From NCBI RefSeq assembly GCF_057098645.1, contig NZ_CM169472.1: a DNA stretch of 64,000 nucleotides; one strand, given 5' to 3'. Position 1 is the stretch's first letter. Every line of letters begins with the position of its first letter. The notes beneath the pieces were generated by a model, which saw only the letters and a program-made list of their open reading frames with translations, was not told the DNA's origin and did not search any database. A program made the position numbers and the translations under genes. This document shows positions 1 to 8,619 of the stretch, in pieces.

Positions 1-1
1 C

Positions 2-289
2 TACTGGACGCACCCAGAATACGCCAACCTGTTTGGGGATAGAGAGGCAATTTCAGCTGATGAGTTCAGATCTTTCTGCAAGCAGCATGGCATTGAATCA
101 TCAATTGTTGAAATGGAAAACGACAACAATCAAACGGTAATTGACGCGTATTTTGAAGATGGGAATCCAAACATCAGTGGATGGGAGCCAAGCATGCCAG
201 ATGGAAAAGGATGGTTTGTCGGTTCGATTCACGATACAGAAGACGGTCCGATCTGCGTTTGGTTCAGGAATGTAGATAAGGCCGCATAG
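2..289 (+). CDS. Phage early-region protein, C-terminal fragment (5' end outside window)
   Basis: Open frame from the window edge to TAG at 287..289 (about 95 codons), same strand as the downstream phage operon. No start codon in window. Confidence 0.35.
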   Translation, partial: YWTHPEYANLFGDREAISADEFRSFCKQHGIESSIVEMENDNNQTVIDAYFEDGNPNISGWEPSMPDGKGWFVGSIHDTEDGPICVWFRNVDKAA

Positions 290-352
290 TCGGCCTTTAT
301 TTTTGGCATAAACAAGAGAATAAACACTGCACTGAATTATTTGAGGTGAGAT

Positions 353-823
353 ATGACAAAATCATGGAGCGTACCTTTTCCTGAATCAGAAACTGAACAT
401 GATGGAATGCCTGTTTTCTGGAGATTCCAAGCGACAGTTGAAGAAGATGGAATCAAAATATTCGCACTTCAATATATAGCTTTTCATCAGACAGAGCATT
501 ATGCATGGTTGGTTCCTTCGCATTGGATTGTTAATTTTAAACCAGCACCAAATCAGTGGTTACAGGAATGGAAACAAAGGAGAAATAGATATGCAATTAA
601 GAAAGTAGCAAAAAATGCAGAAAGATCTTTTGCATTCCCGACGAAGAAACTTGCCATTGAAAGTTTATTGCGCCGGAAGAAATACCATTTGATGAGAATC
701 AAACAAGATTTGGCTGTTGTATCAACTCTTGTTGATGGGATGAAGAATATTGATACATCAACACCAGATATTGAATATAACTTTGGACACAACCAAGAAA
801 CAGAAAATTGGGTGTTTTATTAG
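353..823 (+). CDS. Hypothetical phage protein (156 aa), function unknown
   Basis: ORF with a GAGGTGA Shine-Dalgarno-like sequence just upstream of the ATG. AT-rich codon usage typical of phage accessory genes. No family recognised. Confidence 0.55.
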   Translation: MTKSWSVPFPESETEHDGMPVFWRFQATVEEDGIKIFALQYIAFHQTEHYAWLVPSHWIVNFKPAPNQWLQEWKQRRNRYAIKKVAKNAERSFAFPTKKLAIESLLRRKKYHLMRIKQDLAVVSTLVDGMKNIDTSTPDIEYNFGHNQETENWVFY

Positions 824-973
824 TACGAATAAGCACTGTATATTCATTCCAACGAGTGAATACACGGAGCAATGTCGCTCGTAACTAAACAGGAGCCGAC
901 TTGTTCTGATTATTGGAAATCTTCTTTGCCATCCAATGTGAGGGCGTTTTTTTATCTATGAGGATATGAATAG

Positions 974-1342
974 ATGTCAAACATCAAAAAATACATCATT
1001 GATTACGACTGGAAAGCATCAATAGAAATTGAAATCGACCATGACGTAATGACAGAGGAAAAACTTCACCAGATTAATAATTTCTGGTCAGACTCTGAAT
1101 ACCGACTCAATAAACACGGCGCTGTATTAAATGCTGTATTAATCATGCTGGCGCAACATGCTCTGCTTATAGCAATTTCGAAAGACTTAAATGCATATGG
1201 TGTTGTTTGTGAGTTCGACTGGGATGATGGAAATGGTCAGAAAGGATGGCCTCCAATGGATGGTAGTGAAGGAATAAGAATTACCGATATCGATACATCA
1301 GGAATATTTGATTCAGATGATATGACTATCAAGGCCGCCTGA
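974..1342 (+). CDS. ea10: Lambda Ea10-like protein
   Basis: 122-aa translation matches my recollection of lambda Ea10 and sits immediately upstream of cIII, as in lambda. Confidence 0.7.
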   Translation: MSNIKKYIIDYDWKASIEIEIDHDVMTEEKLHQINNFWSDSEYRLNKHGAVLNAVLIMLAQHALLIAISKDLNAYGVVCEFDWDDGNGQKGWPPMDGSEGIRITDIDTSGIFDSDDMTIKAA

Positions 1343-1414
1343 GTGCGGTTTTACCGCATACCAATAACGCTTCACTCGAGGCGTTTTTCGTTATGTATAA
1401 ATAAGGAGCACACC

Positions 1415-1579
1415 ATGCAATATGCCATTGCAGGGTGGCCTGTTGCTGGCTGCCCTTCCGAATCTTTACTTGAACGAATCACCCGTAAATTACGTGACGG
1501 ATGGAAACGACTTATCGACATACTTAATCAGCCAGGAGTCCCCAAAAATGGATCAAATACTTATGGCTATCCAGACTAA
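1415..1579 (+). CDS. cIII: CIII (FtsH inhibitor, stabilises CII)
   Basis: 54-aa translation [54 protein letters not shown], recognised as lambda CIII. Internal ATG at 1415 with AAGGAG RBS upstream. Confidence 0.8.
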   Translation: MQYAIAGWPVAGCPSESLLERITRKLRDGWKRLIDILNQPGVPKNGSNTYGYPD

Positions 1580-1691
1580 ATTCACTATCGCCACTTTTAT
1601 TGGCGATGAAAAGATGTTTCGTGAGGCCGTCGACGCTTATAAAAAATGGATATTAATACTGAAACTGAGATCAGGCAAAAGCATTCACTAA
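1548..1691 (+). CDS. kil: Kil (host-killing / cell division inhibitor)
   Basis: 47-aa translation [47 protein letters not shown], lambda Kil-like. Overlaps the cIII 3' end in another frame as in lambda. Confidence 0.75.
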   Translation: MDQILMAIQTKFTIATFIGDEKMFREAVDAYKKWILILKLRSGKSIH

Positions 1692-1766
1692 TCCCCTTTC
1701 CTGTTTTCCTAATCAGCCTGGCATTTCGCGGGCGATATTTTCACAGCCATTTTCAGGAGTTCAGCC

Positions 1767-2063
1767 ATGAACGCTTATTACATTCAGGATCGTCTTGAGG
1801 CTCAGAGTTGGGCGCGTCACTACCAGCAGATCGCCCGTGAAGAGAAAGAGGCAGAACTGGCAGACGACATGGAAAAAGGCCTGCCCCAGCACCTGTTTGA
1901 ATCGCTATGCATCGATCATTTGCAACGCCACGGGGCCAGCAAAAAAGCCATTACCCGTGCGTTTGATGACGATGTTGAGTTTCAGGAGCGCATGGCAGAA
2001 CACATCCGGTACATGGTTGAAACCATTGCTCACCACCAGGTTGATATTGATTCAGAGGTATAA
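1767..2063 (+). CDS. gam: Gam (RecBCD inhibitor), 98-aa form
   Basis: Translation [39 protein letters not shown]... recognised as lambda Gam. Directly upstream of bet. Confidence 0.9.
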   Translation: MNAYYIQDRLEAQSWARHYQQIAREEKEAELADDMEKGLPQHLFESLCIDHLQRHGASKKAITRAFDDDVEFQERMAEHIRYMVETIAHHQVDIDSEV

Positions 2064-2068
2064 AACGG

Positions 2069-2854
2069 ATGAGTACAGCACTCGCAACGCTGGCTGGGAA
2101 GCTGGCTGAACGTGTCGGCATGGATTCTGTCGACCCACAGGAACTGATCACCACTCTTCGCCAGACGGCATTTAAAGGTGATGCCAGCGATGCGCAGTTC
2201 ATCGCATTGTTGATCGTCGCCAACCAGTACGGCCTTAATCCGTGGACGAAAGAAATTTACGCCTTCCCTGATAAGCAGAACGGCATCGTTCCGGTGGTGG
2301 GCGTTGATGGCTGGTCCCGCATCATCAATGAAAACCAGCAGTTTGATGGCATGGACTTTGAGCAGGACAATGAATCATGTACATGCAGGATTTACCGCAA
2401 GGACCGTAATCATCCGATCTGCGTTACCGAATGGATGGATGAATGCCGCCGCGAACCATTCAAAACCCGCGAAGGCAGAGAAATCACCGGACCGTGGCAG
2501 TCGCATCCCAAACGGATGTTACGGCATAAATCCATGATTCAGTGTGCCCGTCTCGCCTTCGGATTTGCTGGTATCTATGACAAGGATGAAGCCGAGCGCA
2601 TTGTCGAAAATACTGCATACACTGCAGAACGTCAGCTGGAACGCGACATCACTCCGGTTAACGATGAAACCATGCAGGAGATTAACACTCTGCTAATCGC
2701 CCTGGATAAAACATGGGATGACGACTTATTGCCGCTCTGTTCCCAGATATTTCGCCGCGACATTCGCGCATCGTCAGAACTGACACAGGCCGAAGCAGTG
2801 AAAGCTCTTGGATTCCTGAAACAGAAAGCCACTGAGCAGAAGGTGGCAGCATGA
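2069..2854 (+). CDS. bet: Bet (Red beta single-strand annealing protein)
   Basis: 261-aa translation [48 protein letters not shown]... recognised as lambda Bet. Confidence 0.92.
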   Translation: MSTALATLAGKLAERVGMDSVDPQELITTLRQTAFKGDASDAQFIALLIVANQYGLNPWTKEIYAFPDKQNGIVPVVGVDGWSRIINENQQFDGMDFEQDNESCTCRIYRKDRNHPICVTEWMDECRREPFKTREGREITGPWQSHPKRMLRHKSMIQCARLAFGFAGIYDKDEAERIVENTAYTAERQLERDITPVNDETMQEINTLLIALDKTWDDDLLPLCSQIFRRDIRASSELTQAEAVKALGFLKQKATEQKVAA

Positions 2855-3531
2855 CACCGGACATTATCCTGCAGCGTACCGGGATCGACGTGAGAGCTGT
2901 CGAACAGGGGGATGATGCATGGCACAAATTACGGCTCGGCGTCATCACCGCTTCAGAAGTTCACAACGTGATAGCAAAGCCCCGCTCAGGAAAGAAGTGG
3001 CCTGACATGAAAATGTCCTACTTCCACACCCTGCTGGCTGAGGTTTGCACCGGTGTGGCTCCGGAAGTTAATGCTAAGGCGCTGGCCTGGGGAAAACAGT
3101 ACGAGAACGACGCCAGAACCCTGTTTGAATTCACTTCCGGCGTGAATGTTACTGAATCCCCGATCATCTATCGCGACGAAAGTATGCGTACCGCCTGCTC
3201 TCCGGATGGATTATGCAGTGACGGCAACGGCCTTGAGCTGAAATGTCCGTTTACCTCCCGGGATTTCATGAAATTCCGGCTCGGTGGTTTCGAGGCCATA
3301 AAATCAGCTTACATGGCCCAGGTGCAATTCAGCATGTGGGTGACTCGAAAAGATGCCTGGTACTTTGCCAACTATGACCCGCGCATGAAGCGTGAAGGCC
3401 TGCATTATGTCGTGGTCGAGCGGGATGAAAAATACATGGCTGGTTTTGACGAGATGGTGCCGGAGTTCATCGAAAAAATGGACGAGGCACTGGCTGAAAT
3501 TGGTTTTGTATTTGGGGAGCAATGGCGATGA
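2851..3531 (+). CDS. exo: Exo (Red alpha 5'-3' exonuclease)
   Basis: 226-aa translation [40 protein letters not shown]... recognised as lambda Exo. Start overlaps the bet stop (ATGA). Confidence 0.92.
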   Translation: MTPDIILQRTGIDVRAVEQGDDAWHKLRLGVITASEVHNVIAKPRSGKKWPDMKMSYFHTLLAEVCTGVAPEVNAKALAWGKQYENDARTLFEFTSGVNVTESPIIYRDESMRTACSPDGLCSDGNGLELKCPFTSRDFMKFRLGGFEAIKSAYMAQVQFSMWVTRKDAWYFANYDPRMKREGLHYVVVERDEKYMAGFDEMVPEFIEKMDEALAEIGFVFGEQWR

Positions 3532-3710
3532 AGCATCCTCACGATAATATCCGGGTAGGCGCGATCACTTTCGTCTACTCCGTTACAAAGCGAGGCTGGG
3601 TATTTCCCGGCCTTTCTGTTATCCGAAATCCGCTGAAAGCCCAGCGGCTGGCTGAGGAGATAAATAATAAACGAGGGGCTGTATGCACAAAGCATCTCCT
3701 GTTGAGTTAA
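3522..3710 (+). CDS. Small phage ORF (62 aa), lambda orf61/orf63/orf60a-region equivalent
   Basis: Start overlaps the exo 3' end. Position matches the small ORFs downstream of exo in lambda. No function known. Confidence 0.45.
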   Translation: MAMKHPHDNIRVGAITFVYSVTKRGWVFPGLSVIRNPLKAQRLAEEINNKRGAVCTKHLLLS

Positions 3711-3874
3711 GAACGAGCATTGAGATTGCACATAGCCTTGCTCAAATTGGAGTCAGGTTTGTGCCAATACCAGTAGAAACAGACGAAGAATTTCATACGT
3801 TAGCCGCATCCCTTTCACAAAAGCTGGAAATGATGGTGGCGAAAGCAGAAGCAGATGAGAGAGACCAGGTATGA
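3683..3874 (+). CDS. Small phage ORF (63 aa)
   Basis: Overlaps the preceding ORF, which is typical phage gene packing. Acidic C-terminus. Confidence 0.45.
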   Translation: MHKASPVELRTSIEIAHSLAQIGVRFVPIPVETDEEFHTLAASLSQKLEMMVAKAEADERDQV

Positions 3875-3954
3875 CAACCACTGAATGCATTTTTCTGGCA
3901 GCGGGCTTCATATTCTGTGTGCTTATGCTTGCCGACATGGGACTTGTTCAATGA
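3871..3954 (+). CDS. Putative 27-aa hydrophobic micropeptide
   Basis: ATG at 3871 overlaps the upstream stop (ATGA). Translation MTTTECIFLAAGFIFCVLMLADMGLVQ is one predicted transmembrane helix. Its stop overlaps the next ATG (3951). Confidence 0.3.
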   Translation: MTTTECIFLAAGFIFCVLMLADMGLVQ

Positions 3955-4166
3955 CACCTCAGCAAGAAAACGCCCTTCGCAGTATTGCCCGTCAGGCTAA
4001 TTCTGAAATCAAAAAAGCCAGACAGCAGTTTCCGGATAAAAACGTCGATGACATTTGCCGTAGCGTACTGAAGAAGCACCGCGAAACGGTAACGCTGATG
4101 GGATTCACACCGACTCACTTAAGTCTGGCAATCGGTATGTTAAACGGCGTCTTTAAGGAACGGTGA
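3951..4166 (+). CDS. Small phage ORF (71 aa)
   Basis: Internal ATG of ORF 3885..4166, chosen because it is translationally coupled to the upstream micropeptide. Translation MTPQQENALRSIARQANSEIKKARQQF... Confidence 0.4.
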   Translation: MTPQQENALRSIARQANSEIKKARQQFPDKNVDDICRSVLKKHRETVTLMGFTPTHLSLAIGMLNGVFKER

Positions 4167-4264
4167 ACATGAAAAGCAAAATCATCAGGGAGCTACAGGC
4201 TCCTTTTTTATTATTCGCATTCACCCTCAAGCGTATTAACCAACAATTCAGGGATTAATGAAAG

Positions 4265-4486
4265 ATGGCAGATATCATTGATTCAGCATCAGAAATTGAA
4301 GAATTACAGCGCAATACAGCAATAAAAATGCGTCGCCTGAACTACCAGACTGTATCCGCAACTCATTGTTGTGAGTGTGGCGATCCGATAGATGAACGAA
4401 GACGCCTGGCAGTTCAGGGTTGTCGGACTTGTGCAAGTTGCCAGGAGGATCTGGAGCTTATCAGTAAACAGAGAGGTTCGAAGTGA
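4265..4486 (+). CDS. TraR/DksA-family C4 zinc-finger protein (lambda orf73-like)
   Basis: 73 aa with CxxC...CxxC (CCECGDPIDERRRLAVQGCRTCASC), the DksA/TraR zinc-ribbon signature. Confidence 0.7.
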   Translation: MADIIDSASEIEELQRNTAIKMRRLNYQTVSATHCCECGDPIDERRRLAVQGCRTCASCQEDLELISKQRGSK

Positions 4487-5169
4487 GCGAAATTAATTAT
4501 CAGGCACTGCGTGAAAAGGCAGAGAAAGCAACTAAAGGAAGCTACATCGTAGGGCATACATCTGTTAACCAGCACGGCAATTTAACAGGAGTTTTTGTTT
4601 GCCAAAAATGGAAAGGAGAACCCGGTGGTGTGATTGCGGAATGTCATGTTAACTGCCTGGTTGAAACAGATGTTCAGGCTTATGCAAACGCTGAATTTAT
4701 TGCTGCTTTTAATCCAAATGTTGCGCTGGCACTACTGGATGAACGGGAAAGAAACCAGCAATACATCAAACGCCGCGACCAGGAGAACGAGGAGATTGCG
4801 CTTACGGTTGGGAAGCTGCGCGTTGAGCTGGAAGCCGCAGAGAAGCGCAACGCAAAATTACAAAGCGAGAATGCATACATCCGCAACCGGTACAAAGAAC
4901 TGGACCTGTTAATCGGGAAAAACATTCTGGTCATGCAGGCTGCCATTATCGAATGGCAATCGACTGGCGACGCTAAAAGCGGACTGGCATGGATTTATAA
5001 CACACTGTTTGGCCCAGGCGAATTGCCGGACGAATCTGAGAAAGATGCTCAGGCCTACTTTAATCGCAAATATGCACCGATTGACGAAAAGCTTATGGCG
5101 CTTCACAAGTGGTTTTGGGAACAAAGTGAAGCCGAGCGCGCCGCTGGCATTTGCATCAAAGGAGAGTGA
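4483..5169 (+). CDS. Ea22-like coiled-coil accessory protein (228 aa)
   Basis: Central heptad-rich segment (ALTVGKLRVELEAAEKRNAKLQSENAYIRNRYKELD). Position between exo and xis as for lambda ea22. Function unknown. Confidence 0.5.
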   Translation: MSEINYQALREKAEKATKGSYIVGHTSVNQHGNLTGVFVCQKWKGEPGGVIAECHVNCLVETDVQAYANAEFIAAFNPNVALALLDERERNQQYIKRRDQENEEIALTVGKLRVELEAAEKRNAKLQSENAYIRNRYKELDLLIGKNILVMQAAIIEWQSTGDAKSGLAWIYNTLFGPGELPDESEKDAQAYFNRKYAPIDEKLMALHKWFWEQSEAERAAGICIKGE

Positions 5170-5170
5170 T

Positions 5171-5674
5171 ATGACCACTATTACCAAAGAGCGACTACTG
5201 ACAATCAAGCAGTGGCGCGAAACATACGGACCTGGTAGCAACGTTGTACTGCCAGCAGAAGAAGCGGAAGAACTGGCACGAATTGCTCTGGCATCGCTGG
5301 AAGCAAAACCAATAGCGTGGGAATGCGGCGAAAACATAATCCTGTTTAATCCTGACACAGTTGAAGCATACGCAAAACGTGCGGAGATATCACCTAAACC
5401 ACTATATGCCGCGCCGCCAGTTCCGGTAACTCCGGATGGTTGGATAAGCTGTAGTGAGCAAATGCCAGAAATGGGAGAGCGACAATGCTATGTGTTAGCG
5501 GCTGACTTTAAAAACAACTACCCGCCAAACATCCCCAACACTCAGGTCGGCGTATATGGCGACTGGTTTAATGATGGCAATCCCACTTGGGATGACGGTG
5601 ATGGCGAAGACCTGTATCTCAAAGAGGTAACCCACTGGATGCCGCTACCGGAACCGCCGCAGGAGGTGAAGTGA
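5171..5674 (+). CDS. DUF551-like phage protein (167 aa)
   Basis: Internal ATG at 5171 immediately after the Ea22-like stop, preceded by AAAGGAGAG. C-terminal W/D/G-rich region (GDWFNDGNPTWDDGDGEDLYLKEVTHWMPLP) resembles DUF551 proteins common in prophage accessory regions. Confidence 0.55.
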   Translation: MTTITKERLLTIKQWRETYGPGSNVVLPAEEAEELARIALASLEAKPIAWECGENIILFNPDTVEAYAKRAEISPKPLYAAPPVPVTPDGWISCSEQMPEMGERQCYVLAADFKNNYPPNIPNTQVGVYGDWFNDGNPTWDDGDGEDLYLKEVTHWMPLPEPPQEVK

Positions 5675-5757
5675 TGAATTGGCCTGAAGCATTCACCGCT
5701 GTAGGAGTTGCAATAGCGGTGGCATTTATTCTGTATTCGCTTTTCCGCTGGGGATAA
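5674..5757 (+). CDS. Putative 27-aa hydrophobic micropeptide
   Basis: ATG overlaps the upstream TGA (5672..5674), with AGGAGGTGA RBS. Translation MNWPEAFTAVGVAIAVAFILYSLFRWG is one predicted transmembrane helix. Confidence 0.3.
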   Translation: MNWPEAFTAVGVAIAVAFILYSLFRWG

Positions 5758-5761
5758 AGGA

Positions 5762-6004
5762 ATGTTCGCTCTGATTCAACGTGGTCAGATATACACCGAT
5801 AGCGCCGGCTATCCGATAAAAATTCTTCGCTGCATAAACAACACTGTGTTGTACAGAAGAATGGATGGGCGAACACAGTCGGTAAAAATAAACGATTTTA
5901 ATGAACTGTTTGAACGGATTGATCACCAGGAATACCGACAAATTCTGGCAGAAACAGAGCAGGAAGCTCATCTGAAAAAATTACGAGCCATGAAAAGGAA
6001 GTAA
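5762..6004 (+). CDS. Hypothetical phage protein (80 aa)
   Basis: ORF begins 5 nt after the micropeptide stop, same operon orientation. No family recognised. Confidence 0.45.
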   Translation: MFALIQRGQIYTDSAGYPIKILRCINNTVLYRRMDGRTQSVKINDFNELFERIDHQEYRQILAETEQEAHLKKLRAMKRK

Positions 6005-6007
6005 AGA

Positions 6008-6142
6008 ATGAATAAAGCATTTGAACGATGGGTCCACCAGCGTTACGGCAATCGCTATGACCTGACGCGAGGTGGTGACGGTTTCTACTGTCGTGAAGTT
6101 GTGAAGCGAATGTTTGAAGTGTGGTGCCACTGCCGTGGATGA
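6008..6142 (+). CDS. Putative 44-aa Cys/His-rich small protein
   Basis: ATG 4 nt after the preceding stop. Translation MNKAFERWVHQRYGNRYDLTRGGDGFYCREVVKRMFEVWCHCRG. Not in the supplied ORF track, which has a 60-aa cut-off. Confidence 0.3.
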   Translation: MNKAFERWVHQRYGNRYDLTRGGDGFYCREVVKRMFEVWCHCRG

Positions 6143-6160
6143 AAATTTTATGAGGTTGGC

Positions 6161-6415
6161 ATGCAGACAATCATCTATCAGATAACCCCCAGCAAATGGT
6201 GTACGGAGAGAGTCCTCATTGCATCAACAGGGCTAAAGCCTGGCACCATCGAGCGAGCCAGAAGAAAGTCATGGATGCAGGGAAAAGAATACCGCCATTA
6301 CGCTGTAGAAGGTGATCCGGGGCATTACAGTGAATGCCTGTACAACATCGAAGAAATTATGCGATGGATCGAAAACCAGAAACAACCAGGTGCCAAAAAT
6401 GCAAGTTCCGGTTAA
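6161..6415 (+). CDS. xis: Excisionase-like DNA-binding protein
   Basis: 84-aa basic protein immediately upstream of int, as expected for a phage Xis. Assignment is by position and composition, not by strong sequence recognition. Confidence 0.5.
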   Translation: MQTIIYQITPSKWCTERVLIASTGLKPGTIERARRKSWMQGKEYRHYAVEGDPGHYSECLYNIEEIMRWIENQKQPGAKNASSG

Positions 6416-6448
6416 CCTGTTAATGCTCCTGGACGTCTGGGAGGTTTT

Positions 6449-7735
6449 ATGAGTAACGCATCATACCCGACAGGCGTTGAAAACCATGGAGGATCACTCC
6501 GTATATGGTTTCACTATAATGGCAAACGTGTCAGAGAAAACCTCGGTGTTCCTGACACCGCCAAAAACCGGAAGATCGCTGGTGAGCTTCGCACTTCTGT
6601 TTGTTTTGCAATCAGAATGGGGAGTTTCGACTACGCCGCGCAGTTCCCTAATTCCCCTAACCTGAAACACTTTGGTCTGGGAAAAAGAGAGATAACCGTT
6701 AAGGCACTTTCGGAAAAATGGTTGGACCTTAAGAAAATTGAGATTTGTACGAATGCACTTAACCGTTACCAGTCAGTAATTAAAAACATGTTACCAATGT
6801 TAGGTGAAAAAAAACTGGTTTCATCCATAACAAAAGAGGATTTACTTTTCGTAAGGAGAGATTTGTTGACCGGTTACCAAAAGCTTTCTAATGGAAAGAC
6901 TTCTTCCATAAAAGGGCGCTCAGTGGTCACGGTAAACTACTATATGACAACCATAGCTGGAATGTTTCAATTTGCAACAGATAATGGTTATACCTCAGGA
7001 AACCCATTTAACGGTCTGGCTCCCTTAAAAAAGTCCAAGGTAAAACCAGATCCTCTCACCCGTGACGAATTTATTCGTTTTATTGAGGCTTGCCGTCATC
7101 AACAAACAAAAAACCTGTGGATTCTCGCTGTATACACGGGTATTCGTCACGGGGAGTTGGTATCGCTGGCATGGGAAGATATAGACCTTAAAGCAAGGAC
7201 TATAACCATCCGTAGAAATTATACAAAACTTGGCGAATTCACTCCACCAAAAACCGATGCTGGCACCGGAAGGACAATTCATCTGGTTCAACCAGCTATT
7301 GATGCTCTTAAAAGCCAAGCGGAAATGACCATGCTTGGAAAGCAACATTCTGTAGAGGTAAAGCAGAGGGAATATGGGAGAACTGCTGTGCATAAATGTA
7401 CTTTTGTTTTTAGCCCTCAGGTAATAAAACAGCAGCTGTTGTCTGGACCTCACTACAAAGTTGACTCCATCAGGGAGTCATGGACAAGTATCTTAAAACG
7501 CGCAGGTCTGAGACACAGAAAATCGTACCAATCCAGGCATACTTATGCATGCTGGTCACTTGCCGCTGGAGCTAATCCTAGTTTTATCGCAAGCCAGATG
7601 GGCCACACAAACGCACAAATGGTATTCAATGTTTACGGAGCATGGATGAAAGACAACAATCACGAACAGATAGAACTCCTTAACAAAAGACTATCTGAAA
7701 GTGTCCCATGTATGCCCCATAAGAAAGTGGGGTAA
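6449..7735 (+). CDS. int: Phage integrase, tyrosine recombinase family
   Basis: 428 aa. C-terminal catalytic region with conserved Arg/His and terminal Tyr (RHTYACW...GHTNAQMVFNVYGAW). Last phage gene before the host junction. Confidence 0.9.
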   Translation: MSNASYPTGVENHGGSLRIWFHYNGKRVRENLGVPDTAKNRKIAGELRTSVCFAIRMGSFDYAAQFPNSPNLKHFGLGKREITVKALSEKWLDLKKIEICTNALNRYQSVIKNMLPMLGEKKLVSSITKEDLLFVRRDLLTGYQKLSNGKTSSIKGRSVVTVNYYMTTIAGMFQFATDNGYTSGNPFNGLAPLKKSKVKPDPLTRDEFIRFIEACRHQQTKNLWILAVYTGIRHGELVSLAWEDIDLKARTITIRRNYTKLGEFTPPKTDAGTGRTIHLVQPAIDALKSQAEMTMLGKQHSVEVKQREYGRTAVHKCTFVFSPQVIKQQLLSGPHYKVDSIRESWTSILKRAGLRHRKSYQSRHTYACWSLAAGANPSFIASQMGHTNAQMVFNVYGAWMKDNNHEQIELLNKRLSESVPCMPHKKVG

Positions 7736-7773
7736 AATAAAAACTTGTAAAATCAGTTAGTTTACCCTTAATC

Positions 7774-8373
7774 CCTGTCACGTTACGCGCGTGGCAGAGG
7801 CGTTACGGATTGCTGAAACCGCAACGGACAGACGGCGGTCATCGGCTGTTCAACGATGCCGATATTGACCGGATCCGCGAGATCAAACGCTGGATCGACA
7901 ACGGCGTGCAGGTCAGCAAAGTTAAAATGCTGCTCAGTAATGAAAATGTTGATGTGCAGAACGGCTGGCGCGATCAGCAAGAAACATTACTGACTTACCT
8001 GCAAAGCGGCAATCTACATAGCCTGCGAACGTGGATCAAAGAGCGCGGTCAGGATTACCCCGCCCAGACACTCACCACACATCTGTTTATTCCTCTGCGC
8101 CGACGGCTTCAGTGCCAACAACCGACTCTCCAGGCGCTGCTGGCGATCCTCGACGGCGTACTGATCAACTACATCGCCATTTGTCTGGCTTCGGCACGTA
8201 AAAAACAGGGTAAAGATGCGCTGGTGGTTGGCTGGAATATTCAGGATACCACCCGTCTGTGGCTGGAGGGCTGGATTGCCAGTCAACAAGGATGGCGCAT
8301 TGATGTCCTCGCCCACTCGCTCAATCAACTACGCCCTGAACTATTCGAAGGCCGTACATTGCTGGTGCGGTGA
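7774..8373 (+). pseudogene. mlrA: mlrA (yehV) MerR-family curli regulator, 3' fragment lacking N-terminal HTH codons
   Basis: In-frame translation from about 7774 reads PVTLRAWQRRYGLLKPQRTDGGHRLFNDADIDRIREIKRW..., which matches MlrA from roughly residue 17 onward. Upstream sequence is phage (int). The ORF-track start at 7810 is a TTG. Confidence 0.8.
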
Positions 8374-8511
8374 AAATCGAACCTCCGCCCAACAGCAGCA
8401 ACTCACCAGTTGGCAAGAACAAGGCCATGATATTTTCCCACTCGGCATTTAATGATTCGTTAACAAATGCGCTTTACTGTACAATCCTTTCGTTAACATA
8501 AGGAGTGCATT

Positions 8512-8619
8512 ATGCGCATAGCTAAAATTGGGGTCATCGCCCTGTTCCTGTTTATGGCGTTAGGCGGAATTGGTGGCGTCATGCTCGCAGGTTATACCTT
8601 TATTTTGCGTGCTGGCTAA
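8512..8619 (+). CDS. yohO: Small membrane protein YohO (35 aa)
   Basis: ATG preceded by AAGGAG. Translation [35 protein letters not shown] is a single transmembrane helix. Conserved position between mlrA and yehW. Confidence 0.6.

Larger units (their letters stand above)
1..7775. mobile_element. Lambdoid prophage, integrase-proximal arm (partial; continues beyond window start)
   Basis: Contiguous + strand block of lambda-like early-left genes ending in xis-like and int, followed directly by a truncated host gene (mlrA). Immunity, replication and structural genes are not in the window. Confidence 0.85.

Noticed and set aside
7810-8373. ORF-track call as a complete 187-aa gene
   Set aside because: The start is a TTG inside the mlrA frame. 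The sequence is the 3' part of mlrA truncated by the prophage, so it is reported as a pseudogene fragment.
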